A stretch of 64,000 nt of DNA from positions 1-64,000 of the forward strand of contig JBDRPD010000013.1 of NCBI GenBank assembly GCA_043827405.1, written 5' to 3'. This stretch comes from Elusimicrobiota bacterium. Lineage in GTDB: Bacteria; Elusimicrobiota; Elusimicrobia; UBA1565. The position numbers were made by a program, and so were the translations under genes. This document shows, piece after piece, positions 37,890 through 50,118 of this stretch (positions are counted from its first letter, which is position 1; each line of letters opens with the position of its first letter). The notes below the pieces were generated by a model that was not told the DNA's origin, made no database searches, and worked only from the letters and a program-made list of their open reading frames with translations.

Positions 37890-39172
37890 TGCTCGGCCGG
37901 ATGCAAGGACGCTATGATGCGGTAGTGGTCGGCGGCGGCCCCGCCGGCATGGGCGCGGCCCTGGGCGCCCGCGACGCCGGGGCCAGGCGCGTGCTTATCG
38001 TCGACCGCGAGCCGGAAGCCGGCGGCATCCTGCACCAGTGCATTCACTCGGGCTTCGGCCTGCACTACTTTAAAGAAGAGCTGACCGGCCCCGAATACGC
38101 CGAACGTTTTTTCGCCCAGGTGATCGACCGGGACGTGGACCTGGCGACCGACAGCTATGTCTGCGGCGTGGCGGTCGACTCCAACGGCAGCAAGCGCGTC
38201 CGCATTATGAGCGAGGCGCGCGGCCTCTCGACCATAGAGACCAAGACGGTGGTGCTCGCCATGGGCTGCCGCGAGCGCACGCGCGGCGCCATCCGCATCC
38301 CGGGAACCCGCCCCGCCGGGATCATGACCGCCGGCCTGGCGCAGAAGCTGGTCAATATGAAGGGCCTGCTGCCGGGCAGAAAAATTGCGATCCTGGGCTC
38401 GGGAGACATCGGCCTGATCATGGCGCGGCGTCTCGCCCTCGAGGGCTGCGAGGTGGTCGGCGTCTATGAGCTGATGCCTTATTCCAACGGCCTGACCCGC
38501 AATGTCGTGCAATGCCTCGATGATTTTAATATCCCGCTGCATCTATCTACCACCGTGGCCTGCATCCACGGCCGCGACCGGGTGGAGAAGGTGACGGTCG
38601 CGCCGGTCGACAAGGAGCTGCGGCCGATTGCGCGCCGCGCCAAGGATGTCGCCTGCGACACTTTGCTCATGTCGATCGGCCTGATCCCGGAAAACGAACT
38701 GTCGCACGGCCTCGGCATTGACCTCGACCCCATCACCGGCGGCCCGCGCGTATCGAGCGCTCTGGAGACCAGCATGCCGGGCATGTTCGCCTGCGGCAAT
38801 GTCCTGCACGTTCACGACGTGGTGGACTTCGTCACCCGGGAAGCGCTGCTGGCGGGACGCTACGCCGGAGAATGGGCGCAGGGCATCCGGCGGCCCGCCG
38901 ACAATATCCGCCTCGTCGCCGGCGACAATGTCCGCTACTGCCTGCCGCAGTCGCTGAGCCCCGAACGCGAGCATACGATCTACCTGCGCTGCAAAGAGGC
39001 CGTGAAGCCCTGCGTGATCCGCGTCGGCGGCATTATGGAGAAGAAGCTCCGCTTCGTGGTCCCCGCCGAAATGATCATGCTCACCATCCGCCCGGACGTG
39101 CTCGAGCAGTTTCAGGGCGACTCCCTGCGCATCGACATCCTGCCCGCCGAAAAGAAGGTTAAGCGTGCCTAA
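37889..39172 (+). CDS. Pyridine nucleotide-disulfide oxidoreductase (partner of the GlpA-like protein)
   Basis: GGGPAG, GGILHQCIHSGFG, GCRERTRG, GSGDIGLIMARR, CGNVLHVHD. Confidence 0.85.
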   Translation: MLGRMQGRYDAVVVGGGPAGMGAALGARDAGARRVLIVDREPEAGGILHQCIHSGFGLHYFKEELTGPEYAERFFAQVIDRDVDLATDSYVCGVAVDSNGSKRVRIMSEARGLSTIETKTVVLAMGCRERTRGAIRIPGTRPAGIMTAGLAQKLVNMKGLLPGRKIAILGSGDIGLIMARRLALEGCEVVGVYELMPYSNGLTRNVVQCLDDFNIPLHLSTTVACIHGRDRVEKVTVAPVDKELRPIARRAKDVACDTLLMSIGLIPENELSHGLGIDLDPITGGPRVSSALETSMPGMFACGNVLHVHDVVDFVTREALLAGRYAGEWAQGIRRPADNIRLVAGDNVRYCLPQSLSPEREHTIYLRCKEAVKPCVIRVGGIMEKKLRFVVPAEMIMLTIRPDVLEQFQGDSLRIDILPAEKKVKRA

Positions 39173-39542
39173 GACCGAAAACTACACCTGCGTGCGCTGC
39201 CCGATGGGCTGTCCCTTGCGGCTCGCGCATGAGGGAAAGAAGATCGTCGAGGTCTCCGGCAATGAGTGCAACCGCGGCGCCAAATACGCCCGCCAGGAGT
39301 TCACTGAGCCCCGGCGCGAACTCAGCACCACAGTGGCGATATCCGGCGGCCTCTGGGCGCGCCTGCCGGTCAAGGTGAAGGGCGGGGTGCATAAGAAGCG
39401 AGTCCTGGAAGCGGCGCGCGAAATCCATAAACTGCGGGCCAAGGCTCCGGTCAAGGCGGGCCAGGTGCTGCTCAAGAACCTGCTGGGCGAAAAGGGCGCG
39501 GATGTGGTGGCTTGCCGCACGATGAGACAGGTCGGCGGCTAG
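39165..39542 (+). CDS. DUF1667 domain metal-binding protein
   Basis: CVRCPMGC...GNECNRGAKYA..E..PRR. Confidence 0.85.
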   Translation: MPKTENYTCVRCPMGCPLRLAHEGKKIVEVSGNECNRGAKYARQEFTEPRRELSTTVAISGGLWARLPVKVKGGVHKKRVLEAAREIHKLRAKAPVKAGQVLLKNLLGEKGADVVACRTMRQVGG

Positions 39543-39769
39543 GAGGTCCGCTCGCAGCGGCAGCAGTTATGCTTGTCGAGCAATAAGCAGGGGCAAACCT
39601 TGAGCGCCCGGGCGATCTTATCCAGCGTGGGCAGGCTGGGCAGCTTGGTGCCGCGCTCTATGTGGCCGAGAAAGGTGTAATGGATGCCGGCCCGGTCGCT
39701 AAGGTCTTCCTGGGTCAGCCCCCTATCCAAGCGATACTTCTTAATGCTCTTGCCTAAAGCTTTAAGCAT
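39539..39769 (-). CDS. XRE-family HTH regulator with a Cys-rich tail
   Basis: LGKSIKKYR..RGLTQEDL....IERG...PSL; RBS AAGGGG. Confidence 0.85.
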   Translation of the reverse strand: MLKALGKSIKKYRLDRGLTQEDLSDRAGIHYTFLGHIERGTKLPSLPTLDKIARALKVCPCLLLDKHNCCRCERTS

Positions 39770-39977
39770 GGATATATCCCCTTGCCGTAGGTCCCAAAAT
39801 ACTACACCAAGCGCGGAATTTTATGAACAGCCTCACGGTCGCATCCCGCCCCATCATCTCAGCATACTTTAGCCGCCCGCGCTCACGTATTCCTCAAATC
39901 TACCGGTGATAAACCTCAAGAAAATAAAACGGCAAATATGACTGCAGGACTCTACCCTAATTTTTCCGCATCATGTA

Positions 39978-40334
39978 ATGTACACGCAGATGGGACATCT
40001 ATTGGTCATCGACAATGACGAATCAGTGCTGCGCGTGCTTAACAAGTTTTTGACCGCCCAAGGCTTCATGGTCGACACGGCGACACGCCCCCCCGAAGTA
40101 TCCGGCTCCTACTCCCTGATCCTGCTCGACATCATGATTTCCGGCCATCACGTTCTAGAAACCATCCGCTGCCTGCGCGAAAAACTGCCGGAAACACCGA
40201 TTCTTCTAATCACCGGCGGCGCTGATCAGAAACTGATAGAAGAAGCCCGCGCGCTGGGCGCGGCGGGACCGGTGAGAAAACCCTTCGACTTCGACGAACT
40301 GCGGGGCGCTATCGCGGACCTGCTCGGCCGTTAG
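39978..40334 (+). CDS. Single-domain response regulator (CheY-like)
   Basis: LVIDND, LLDIM (phospho-Asp), LITG, KPF. Confidence 0.85.
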   Translation: MYTQMGHLLVIDNDESVLRVLNKFLTAQGFMVDTATRPPEVSGSYSLILLDIMISGHHVLETIRCLREKLPETPILLITGGADQKLIEEARALGAAGPVRKPFDFDELRGAIADLLGR

Positions 40335-40354
40335 CGGCGGGGAGGGCGGCTCGC

Positions 40355-41893
40355 TTACTTCTTCGCCGGCCGGGGTTCGGCGGCTTTGCGGAAGGTTCCC
40401 ATCGCGAACTGTCGTCCGCCCACCGTTACTCGCGAGGTACTGCCGCTGAGATGGATAATTGATCCGTCCTTGCGTTTAAAGGGCAGCGATTTTACAACCG
40501 CCGACTCCCCACGGAACAGCTTCTTGAAATCCGCATGCACCTTGGCGTGGGCTTCTTTGGAATGACAGTCCAAAACAGAAAGTTTCAGGAATTCCTTTTC
40601 GGAATAGCCCAACATCGCGCAGAATATTTTATTACAGCCCGTAAGCCGGCGCGTCTTGACATCCACAATAACAAAGCCGTCCGGCGCATTCTCAAACAAG
40701 GCTCGATATCTCTGCTCGCTGTCGATCAGGGCATTCTCCAGCTTCTTCTGCTCCGTATTGTCGCGGATGGACAAAATGATCCGAACCGGCGTCTCGCCAT
40801 GCGCCGCGAGACTATTGGCGTCAACAATAACTTCGATATCGGTTCCGTCGAAATGCTTCAGCACAAAACTGCGCCGGCGCGCGAAGCCCGCCTCACCGAG
40901 CTCCTCAAGCAGATCATTGAGCTTGCCGTGCAGTTCCGGATGGACGAGCTTGCTCAGCGGCTGACCCAAAAGTCTTTCCTTCGAGCGGCCCAAGATCGTT
41001 GATGCCCGGTCGTTGCATTCCGCGATGGTCCCGTCCGCGTCCACCGACAGCATAAGATGCGGCGCGTTCTCAAAAATCAGCTTATAGGTCTTTTTGGTTT
41101 CCTGCACATCGTCGGCGGCGCGCAGCTGCCGCGTCCGGTCCTGATATACCGCGACGACATCGCCCATCGGCAGCTTGTAGACGTAGTTTTCCCGATAGCC
41201 GCAAATGCGCTGATCTTTATACAGGCCCACGGGATGATGTTCGGGCCGCCCGGTTTTCCATACCCGTTTTAACACATCAAAGAGGCCGAACATCTCTACC
41301 CCGGGGAAAGAGGCGCGCAGGCTGCGGCCGACGACATGCTCGCGCTGCACCTTCTCGGTCCTTTCCGCGGCGTTATTAAAATCAACAAAGACGAAGTCCC
41401 GCCCGCCGTCCACCGCGCGGTAGACCGCCACGCAGATATTCAAGCTCTCGAAGAGCTGGTGAAACCGCTCCTCGTTTTTATTCACCCGCCGGGACATGTC
41501 CATCTGATGCTCAATAACGCACAGCAGGCTCTTGCCGTCATAGATCGGCCGGCCCAAAATCTTCATCTTTTTCTGCCGGCCCTTTTCGTCCTTATGGGAA
41601 TGCTCGAGCGTAACAGACTGCTTGGTCTGCTTGAGCAGCTTGATCGTGCATGCTTCCCCTTCCGCATCGCAAGGGAGCGCTCGACCATGCGTCAGCTCAT
41701 AGCACTTGATCCCTTCGGGCAGCCGGCGCAGGCTCCATAGAGCCAGGGCCGCCGGATTGGCGTAGATCACGGTGTAATCCTCGGGATTGATAACGTAAAC
41801 CGGCTCGGGATTGGAGTCGATGACGGAGCTCAGCGGAACTGTCGTGAGCGCCGCCGCCTTCTTCTTTTTACTCTGTGCTTTCTTTTTTGCCAT
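40355..41893 (-). CDS. Multi-PAS domain protein without an output domain
   Basis: About four PAS repeats (YANPAA; DFNNAAE; ECNDRA; GCNKIF...FKRKDGS); stop follows the last PAC. Confidence 0.8.
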   Translation of the reverse strand: MAKKKAQSKKKKAAALTTVPLSSVIDSNPEPVYVINPEDYTVIYANPAALALWSLRRLPEGIKCYELTHGRALPCDAEGEACTIKLLKQTKQSVTLEHSHKDEKGRQKKMKILGRPIYDGKSLLCVIEHQMDMSRRVNKNEERFHQLFESLNICVAVYRAVDGGRDFVFVDFNNAAERTEKVQREHVVGRSLRASFPGVEMFGLFDVLKRVWKTGRPEHHPVGLYKDQRICGYRENYVYKLPMGDVVAVYQDRTRQLRAADDVQETKKTYKLIFENAPHLMLSVDADGTIAECNDRASTILGRSKERLLGQPLSKLVHPELHGKLNDLLEELGEAGFARRRSFVLKHFDGTDIEVIVDANSLAAHGETPVRIILSIRDNTEQKKLENALIDSEQRYRALFENAPDGFVIVDVKTRRLTGCNKIFCAMLGYSEKEFLKLSVLDCHSKEAHAKVHADFKKLFRGESAVVKSLPFKRKDGSIIHLSGSTSRVTVGGRQFAMGTFRKAAEPRPAKK

Positions 41894-41962
41894 GTCGCGA
41901 ATGGGGGATATACGTCGCAGACACTTTAGCAAGATGCGCTGCCGGCACACAAGAATGGGCAT

Positions 41963-42000
41963 GGGCCCTTGGGCCCACATTATCCTGGGTCCCTGGGCCC
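41963..42000. repeat. Tandem 14-bp GGG(C/T)CC-NN-GGGCCC motifs, putative regulator binding sites
   Basis: GGGCCCTTGGGCCC at 41963-41976 and GGGTCCCTGGGCCC at 41987-42000, in a divergent intergenic region. Confidence 0.45.
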
Positions 42001-42145
42001 TCGTTGTTTTGCGCCTTCCCGCTACCCTACTAGGGTACCCTTGTAATCCTTGCGATCGGGCATGGGAGCATCCACCTCCGGACCATATTCCGGAGTCACC
42101 AGGGGACGGTAAACAAGCCGTTCCCGTTTCTTTTTGGAGGTGGCG

Positions 42146-44149
42146 ATGCGCAGGATCCTGGCGAGACAACTGGCTCTGTCTCTCGCGCTTTCCGGCTGGA
42201 GCGCCCCCCTGCGGGCCTACGCGGCCTGCCCTTCCGCCGCCGGCCTCAACCGCCTCGGGCAGCTGGCTCAGGGAGAACCCCTGCGGCAGGAAGACTTCCC
42301 GCTCACCCACAAGGCCTTGCGGCAGGCGCGCCCCGAATGCGGCGCCGACTGCTTCGCCGGTTTGCTGCTCGGCGGCGCCGACGGCGCGATCCGCCTGACC
42401 CCGCCGGGAAAACAGCTCCTAATCCAGGCGGCCGCGCAATGCGCTCCGTACCGTTTTCTTCCCGCGGGGCCCCGTCCCGCCTTGCCGGCGAAGACGGTCG
42501 AGCTTCGCGGCGCCGGGACACCGCTGCGGAATCTGACGCAGCCGGACGGCGGCAGGTATTTCGACGGCGCCGCGGAGCTCAAGCCGGCGGTCGCGGTCGG
42601 CGCCGCACGGGGCGCATCCTACACCGCCGCCGTCATCCCGGCGCGCGTGACCGCGAAGCACTCCGGCCTGAGCCTCAACCGGGATCCGCCGGCTCCCGCG
42701 CTCGAATATCCTGAAGACATAAAAGCCAAGAAGGAGTTCTGGGGACGCCTCAAGGGGATGTTCGGCAGCATGGCATCGTTTTACGCGAACCAGATCACGG
42801 GCGCCGGGACCTGGGTCCACGAGAAGGGCCATGAGATATTCATCCGTCTGCTGCACAACCCCAAGCATCTCGAGGTCCAGGTCGACGGCATCGAGAATAT
42901 GCGCAATGTGGGCCGCGCCCCCTCCTGGGACAGCCTGAAAAAATTCCTCGGCAGCCATGATACCCATCAGGACGGCGCCGCCGGCTACGCTTCCTACGGC
43001 GGCTTTCAGGATACGCCGCTCGGTACCCGGCTGGGAGATTCGGCCTCCACCGCGATCATCTCCGCCGCCGGCTCGCTGGCGCAGGACGTTCCCGCCATCG
43101 CCGGCTACGCTGCGGGCTTCATGCTGCGCAAGAAACATCCGGCGATCGGCTATACCCTAATGACCACCTCGATGATGAACCACTTCGTGAACTCGCTCTA
43201 TTTATGGAGTGCCGTCGGCATGTCCGCCGAGCAGCTGGCTGCGGCCGGCCGTTCCGGCCATGACTGGGCCAAGTTCGCCACGGCGACCCAAATTCACCCC
43301 GTTATCACCGCGCTCGCCTTTACCGCGATCCTCCCGCTGGAAGCGCTGACGCTGCACTATGCGAGCAAGGCCTATGCCCGCAAAGTCAACGATCGCCGCG
43401 CGCTCGGCAGCCTGATCGAAAAAGGAGATATCGCGGAAATCGACCTGCTGGCGCTCTACGAACTATATCCCGGGCGCGATAAGCTGCAGCTGGCGGAGGC
43501 CCGGCTGAGCGAGCTCATGCAGGCGTACGACAAGAAGCGGGGCGCTGAGTCGATAGCCGGCATGCAGGGCGCCGCCGGCATCGTGGCCAAGGAGTTTGAG
43601 AAGTTCCAGTCTTACGTGATCAAGACCTACCGCGCCGAACTTGACGCCGAAATCGAACGGCTGCCCAAAATAGAAAGAGAGACGCTGGCGAATGCGGTAC
43701 GGCAGGTCAAGGCGTATTACCGCGCGCGCTACCGGGCCGACAAGCTGGGGACCGGCATGGAAGTCGGCACGATCGGCGTGGGCGCCGCCGCCGGCGTCGC
43801 CGCCGCCGCCAGGGCCGCGGGGCTCGCGGCGGCCGGCACGGCGCTCGAAGTAATGATCCCGGGCCTGGGCGCCCTCGGCGTGGCCTCCGGCCTGCACCGG
43901 ACCCGTAAAGCGCTGCGCGACGCCTCGCTTAACGGCGTTGAAAAGACGCTGGCCGTAGTGCAGCATGCCAGCGGCGCCGTGGGCTCTTTGGGCATGATCA
44001 CCGCCGAACCCCTAATGATGCTCGGCGGCATGGCGGGCTCGCTGACCGCCCTCGGCGCCCGCTGGCTCTACGGCAAGTGGCGGGAGCGCAAAGAACGGCT
44101 GCTGACCGCTTTCGCCGTCCCGCTTCTTCCCTGCCCCGCGTACGCCTAG
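42146..44149 (+). CDS. Exported/membrane protein with an HExxH motif (M50-like metallopeptidase)
   Basis: RBS GGAGG, signal peptide, WVHEKGHE, ISAAG, GHDW, several TM segments. Confidence 0.65.
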   Translation: MRRILARQLALSLALSGWSAPLRAYAACPSAAGLNRLGQLAQGEPLRQEDFPLTHKALRQARPECGADCFAGLLLGGADGAIRLTPPGKQLLIQAAAQCAPYRFLPAGPRPALPAKTVELRGAGTPLRNLTQPDGGRYFDGAAELKPAVAVGAARGASYTAAVIPARVTAKHSGLSLNRDPPAPALEYPEDIKAKKEFWGRLKGMFGSMASFYANQITGAGTWVHEKGHEIFIRLLHNPKHLEVQVDGIENMRNVGRAPSWDSLKKFLGSHDTHQDGAAGYASYGGFQDTPLGTRLGDSASTAIISAAGSLAQDVPAIAGYAAGFMLRKKHPAIGYTLMTTSMMNHFVNSLYLWSAVGMSAEQLAAAGRSGHDWAKFATATQIHPVITALAFTAILPLEALTLHYASKAYARKVNDRRALGSLIEKGDIAEIDLLALYELYPGRDKLQLAEARLSELMQAYDKKRGAESIAGMQGAAGIVAKEFEKFQSYVIKTYRAELDAEIERLPKIERETLANAVRQVKAYYRARYRADKLGTGMEVGTIGVGAAAGVAAAARAAGLAAAGTALEVMIPGLGALGVASGLHRTRKALRDASLNGVEKTLAVVQHASGAVGSLGMITAEPLMMLGGMAGSLTALGARWLYGKWRERKERLLTAFAVPLLPCPAYA

Positions 44150-44156
44150 GCGGAAA

Positions 44157-45488
44157 CTACTCCGGCCGCAGCAGCTCGAAAGCCGTCGCCGCCAGAGCCT
44201 TGGCCCCGGCGGGCGGCGCCCGCTCGGGGTCGGGCAGGAACGTCGGCGAATGCAGCCCGGGCGGACCGTCCGGGGACTCCCGCATCGCCGCGGGCGTGAC
44301 GACGCCCAGGCGGAACATAAACGACGGCACCGGCGGCTCGACTCGCCCGTAGCGCGCGAAATCGTCGCCTCCCATGCCCGGCAGGTTGCCGGCGACATTG
44401 TCCGGTCCGAACACTTCACGCAGAACGGGAAGCAGGCGCGCGGTAAGCGCGGGGTCATTATAGCCCGGAGGCAAATACGGCTCGTAGAACTTCACTACCG
44501 GCAGCCGGTCTTCAGGAAATCCCGCCGCCCGCGCCGTATTCTCGGCCAGACGCCGGATGGCTCGCAGAATCTTCTCGCGCACCGGCTCCTCGCGCCAGCG
44601 TATGGTCAGTTCGAGCTTAACCTCTTCCGGGATGATATTGCGCTTGGTGCCGCCATGGATCGTGCCCACGGTAACGACCGCGTCATCGGTGGGCTTAAGC
44701 TCCCGGCTGACGATAGTCTGCAGCGCGTTCACAATCTGCGCGGCCAGCACGATGGGGTCTTTAGTCGTATGCGGATAGGCGCCATGGCCGCCCACTCCGC
44801 GCACCGTGATGTCCGCCGCGTCTATCCCGGCATTGTAAAAGCCCGCAGTATAACCGGCCTTGCCGACCGTCATGGCGGAGGCGGCATGGAGCGCGAGCGC
44901 GTAGTCCGGCCGCGGAAAGCGCGTGTATAGGCCGTCCTGAAGCATCTTCAAGGCGCCCTTGCCCCGCTCTTCGGCCGGCTGTCCGACCAGGACCAGGGTT
45001 CCCGACCAGGCCGCCCTGCTCGCGGCCAAAGCTCGAGCGGCGCCGACCAGCGAGGCCATATGCACGTCATGGCCGCAGGCGTGCATGACGGAGACCTTAT
45101 TTCCCTTATGGTCCTTGGTCGTCACTTTGCTGGCGTAGGGGGCGCCGGTCTTCTCTGCAACCGGCAGGGCGTCCATGTCGGCACGAATCAGCACCGTCGG
45201 GCCGTCGCCGTTCTTGAGCAGGCCGACAACTCCGCGGCCGCCGACGCCTTCGGTCACGCTATAGCCGGCCCGGCGCAGCTCCTCGGCGATACGCTTGGCG
45301 GTATCAACCTCGTTGAGTGAAAGCTCCGGATGGCTGTGCAGATGTTCGTAGAGCCGGCGCAGATAAGACGCGTCCTTATCGACGTGCTTAAGCAGTTCGG
45401 CACGGCCCGCGCTCCAGGCCGCGCCGGCGGCCAGCAGAAAGAGGGCGGCGGCCAGCGGCGCCGCGCGGCGGCAGCGTATATTCATCAT
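44157..45488 (-). CDS. M20 family amidohydrolase (exported)
   Basis: HPELS..E, RADMDALP, MHACGHDVH, QPAEE, GGHGAYPH, LHSP. Confidence 0.92.
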   Translation of the reverse strand: MMNIRCRRAAPLAAALFLLAAGAAWSAGRAELLKHVDKDASYLRRLYEHLHSHPELSLNEVDTAKRIAEELRRAGYSVTEGVGGRGVVGLLKNGDGPTVLIRADMDALPVAEKTGAPYASKVTTKDHKGNKVSVMHACGHDVHMASLVGAARALAASRAAWSGTLVLVGQPAEERGKGALKMLQDGLYTRFPRPDYALALHAASAMTVGKAGYTAGFYNAGIDAADITVRGVGGHGAYPHTTKDPIVLAAQIVNALQTIVSRELKPTDDAVVTVGTIHGGTKRNIIPEEVKLELTIRWREEPVREKILRAIRRLAENTARAAGFPEDRLPVVKFYEPYLPPGYNDPALTARLLPVLREVFGPDNVAGNLPGMGGDDFARYGRVEPPVPSFMFRLGVVTPAAMRESPDGPPGLHSPTFLPDPERAPPAGAKALAATAFELLRPE

Positions 45489-45513
45489 GCCTCTTTGTAT
45501 CAATTTGCCGCGC

Positions 45514-45888
45514 TTAATCGTAACCCAGCTCGCGCAGGCGCTGTTCGGATAATCCGAAATAGTGCCCAACCTCGTGCAGGAAGGTCCGATGGATCTCGCG
45601 TATCACGGCGTCTTCGCCGCCGCCGCAGTGCTCCATGATCGGCTTGCGAAACAGCGTAATCTTGTCGGGCAGCACTCCAGAGTAGCCCGTATCCCGCTGG
45701 TTGAGCGGAATCCCTTCATAGAGCCCCAACAGGGTCCAGTCCTTTCCGCGATCCCGCAGCAGGGCGCGGTGCCGCGCGGCGGGGCGCTCCTCGACGACGA
45801 TCTCAATATTTTCGAGCGCCCGGCGGAACTCTTCCGGCAGGCGGTCGACGGCGAGGGAGAGGAGCTCGCGGAATCGGTTTTCCCGCAC
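45514..45888 (-). CDS. Zincin-like metallopeptidase (DUF1025 type)
   Basis: LLGLYEGIP, PDKITLFR, HEVGHYFG. Confidence 0.88.
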   Translation of the reverse strand: MRENRFRELLSLAVDRLPEEFRRALENIEIVVEERPAARHRALLRDRGKDWTLLGLYEGIPLNQRDTGYSGVLPDKITLFRKPIMEHCGGGEDAVIREIHRTFLHEVGHYFGLSEQRLRELGYD

Positions 45889-45907
45889 TGGGCCTCAACC
45901 GCTCCCG

Positions 45908-47789
<1,882 letters not shown>

Positions 47790-47807
47790 CGGGGCATTGT
47801 ACTAAAC

Positions 47808-49247
47808 CTACCCCTTCAGCACGCCGAGCGGGCTCATACGGGCGACCTTGCGGGCAAGGCCCGCCTGATGGCAGACTTCGACGACTTCCACCACGTTCTT
47901 GTAGGCGAACGGCGCTTCCTCGGCGAAGCCCCGCCAGGAATCGGTACGCACTTCGATCCCGCGCCGCGTCAGCTCCTGGGCGAGTTCGCGGCCGCTTATC
48001 CTCTGGGCCGCCTGCGTGCGGCTCATCAGCCTTCCCGCGCCGTGACAGACCGTCCCGAATGTCTGCTCCATGGCCCGCTCGGTGCCGACCAGCACATAGG
48101 AGTGCGTGCCCATAGAACCGGGCACCAGCACCGGCTGGCCCGCACGGCGGTGCGCCTCCGGCACCTCCGGATGCCCGGCCGGAAACGCCCGGGTTGCGCC
48201 CTTGCGGTGCACGCAAAGGCGCCGCTCGCGTCCGCCGACGCGGTGGGTTTCAATCCTGGCGATATTGTGGCTGACGTCATAGACGACATCGAGTCCAAGC
48301 TCGCGCGGCGACAGGGAAAGCGCGCGCATCGCCGCTTCGCGGACCAGGTGAGTAATGACTTGACGGTTGGCGAGAGCGAAATTAGAGCCGGCGCACATGG
48401 CGGCGAAATAGTCTTTCCCCTCGGCCGACGTCAGCGGCGCACAAGCCAGCTGGCGGTCCGGCAGCGCAATCTTGTAGCGCGCGCGCGCCTTCTGCATGGC
48501 CTGCAGGGAGTCCGCGCATATCTGGTAGCCGCAGCCGCGCGATCCGGTATGGATCAGCACGACGAGTTGGCCCGGGAACAGCCCGAACGCCTCGGCGACG
48601 ACAGGATCATAAACCGCGTCCACCGCCTGCAGTTCCAGAAAATGGTTGCCGCTGCCCAAAGTCCCCACCTGATCGCGGCCGCGTTCCAGGGCGCGCCGGC
48701 TCGGCCGGTCCGGATCGGCGCCCGCCACCGCGCCGCCGTCTTCCAGCATGTCGAGGTCGCAGCGCTCGCCGTAGCCCGCGGCAACAGCCCAGCGCGCGCC
48801 CTTGCGCAATACCCGCTTCATATCCTCCCGGCTCAGCTTGAGACGGCCGCCCTTTCCGACGCCGGAGGCGACGCTGCCGTGCAGCGCGTCCATTAAGACG
48901 CCGATCCGGCCGCGAACGGACGCGGCCGTCACGGCGCTGCGCAGCAGCCGCACTCCGCAGGAGATGTCGTAGCCCACCATGCCGGGGGAGATCACGCCGT
49001 CGGCGGCATCCATGGCGGCCACGCCGCCCACCGGGGCGCCATAGCCCCAATGACAGTCGGGCATGGCCAGGGAATAGCCGACAATGCCGGGCAAGTGCGC
49101 GACGTTCGCGACCTGCTGCGCCACCCGCTCGCGCTCGATCTTGGGCAGCATGGCGGCGGACGCGTATATTCGGCCGGGAACACGCATGCCGCCCGAGCGC
49201 TCCAGCTCGAACAGATAATCGCCGATCTTCTTGAGTTTATGGCCCAT
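47808..49247 (-). CDS. rtcB: RtcB RNA ligase (archaeal/eukaryal-like long form)
   Basis: [48 protein letters not shown]. Confidence 0.95.
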   Translation of the reverse strand: MGHKLKKIGDYLFELERSGGMRVPGRIYASAAMLPKIERERVAQQVANVAHLPGIVGYSLAMPDCHWGYGAPVGGVAAMDAADGVISPGMVGYDISCGVRLLRSAVTAASVRGRIGVLMDALHGSVASGVGKGGRLKLSREDMKRVLRKGARWAVAAGYGERCDLDMLEDGGAVAGADPDRPSRRALERGRDQVGTLGSGNHFLELQAVDAVYDPVVAEAFGLFPGQLVVLIHTGSRGCGYQICADSLQAMQKARARYKIALPDRQLACAPLTSAEGKDYFAAMCAGSNFALANRQVITHLVREAAMRALSLSPRELGLDVVYDVSHNIARIETHRVGGRERRLCVHRKGATRAFPAGHPEVPEAHRRAGQPVLVPGSMGTHSYVLVGTERAMEQTFGTVCHGAGRLMSRTQAAQRISGRELAQELTRRGIEVRTDSWRGFAEEAPFAYKNVVEVVEVCHQAGLARKVARMSPLGVLKG

Positions 49248-49281
49248 TTTGCCAACCCAGAGTCTATGCTATTCTCTACCC

Positions 49282-50118
49282 ATGAGAAAAATTATTTTGA
49301 CCCTGTGCGCTTGCGCGATACCGTTCCCGATCACGGCGGCTCCGGCCCCCGCCGCGAAAGATATGCGGCCGGTTGTCCTGCTTAAAACCTCCGAGGGGGA
49401 CATCACGGTCAGGCTCTTCCCGGACAGCGCCCCCAAAACCGTCGAGAACTTCCTCGATTTGGCGGCGGGCAAGAAAGAATGGACGGACCCCGCGTCGGGC
49501 AAGAAAGTAAACAAACCCTTCTATGACGGCCTCGCTTTCCATCGTGTCATAGAGAATTTTATGCTGCAGGGCGGCTGTCCGCTGGGCACCGGTACGTCGG
49601 GCCCCGGCTATCAGTTCGCCGACGAGATCAACGCCAAGGCGCTGAATCTGCACCAGGAACGTGCCCTGCGCGAAAACGGCGCCCCGCATGACTGGCTGCT
49701 GATCCGCAACGGCGCCGACCTGCAGCGGACCCTGATTCATCCACTCGCCCGCAAGCTCGGCATCAAGACCCCGGAGGAGTTCGACCAGCGCCGCGACGAA
49801 CTCAACAAGAAGCTGGAAAAGCTGACGCTGAAGGAAGCCTACGAGAACCAGGGCTACGTATACTCCGCTACCCTCAAGTCCCGCCCGCCCAAGCGCGGAG
49901 TCCTGGCGATGGCCAATTCGGGCCCGAACACCAACGGCTCACAGTTCTTCATTAACCTGGTGGACACGGACTGGCTGACCGGCAAGCACACCGTATTCGG
50001 TGAAGTGATCAAGGGCATGGACGTCGTCGACGCTATCGGCAAGAAGTTCGGGGGGCGTGAGACGCCGGAAGAAAAGGCCCGAATCCTTTCGATCCGCCCG
50101 ATCAAACGTCCAGAATAA
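49282..50118 (+). CDS. Cyclophilin-type peptidyl-prolyl isomerase (exported, with an internal insertion)
   Basis: [42 protein letters not shown]. Confidence 0.92.
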   Translation: MRKIILTLCACAIPFPITAAPAPAAKDMRPVVLLKTSEGDITVRLFPDSAPKTVENFLDLAAGKKEWTDPASGKKVNKPFYDGLAFHRVIENFMLQGGCPLGTGTSGPGYQFADEINAKALNLHQERALRENGAPHDWLLIRNGADLQRTLIHPLARKLGIKTPEEFDQRRDELNKKLEKLTLKEAYENQGYVYSATLKSRPPKRGVLAMANSGPNTNGSQFFINLVDTDWLTGKHTVFGEVIKGMDVVDAIGKKFGGRETPEEKARILSIRPIKRPE

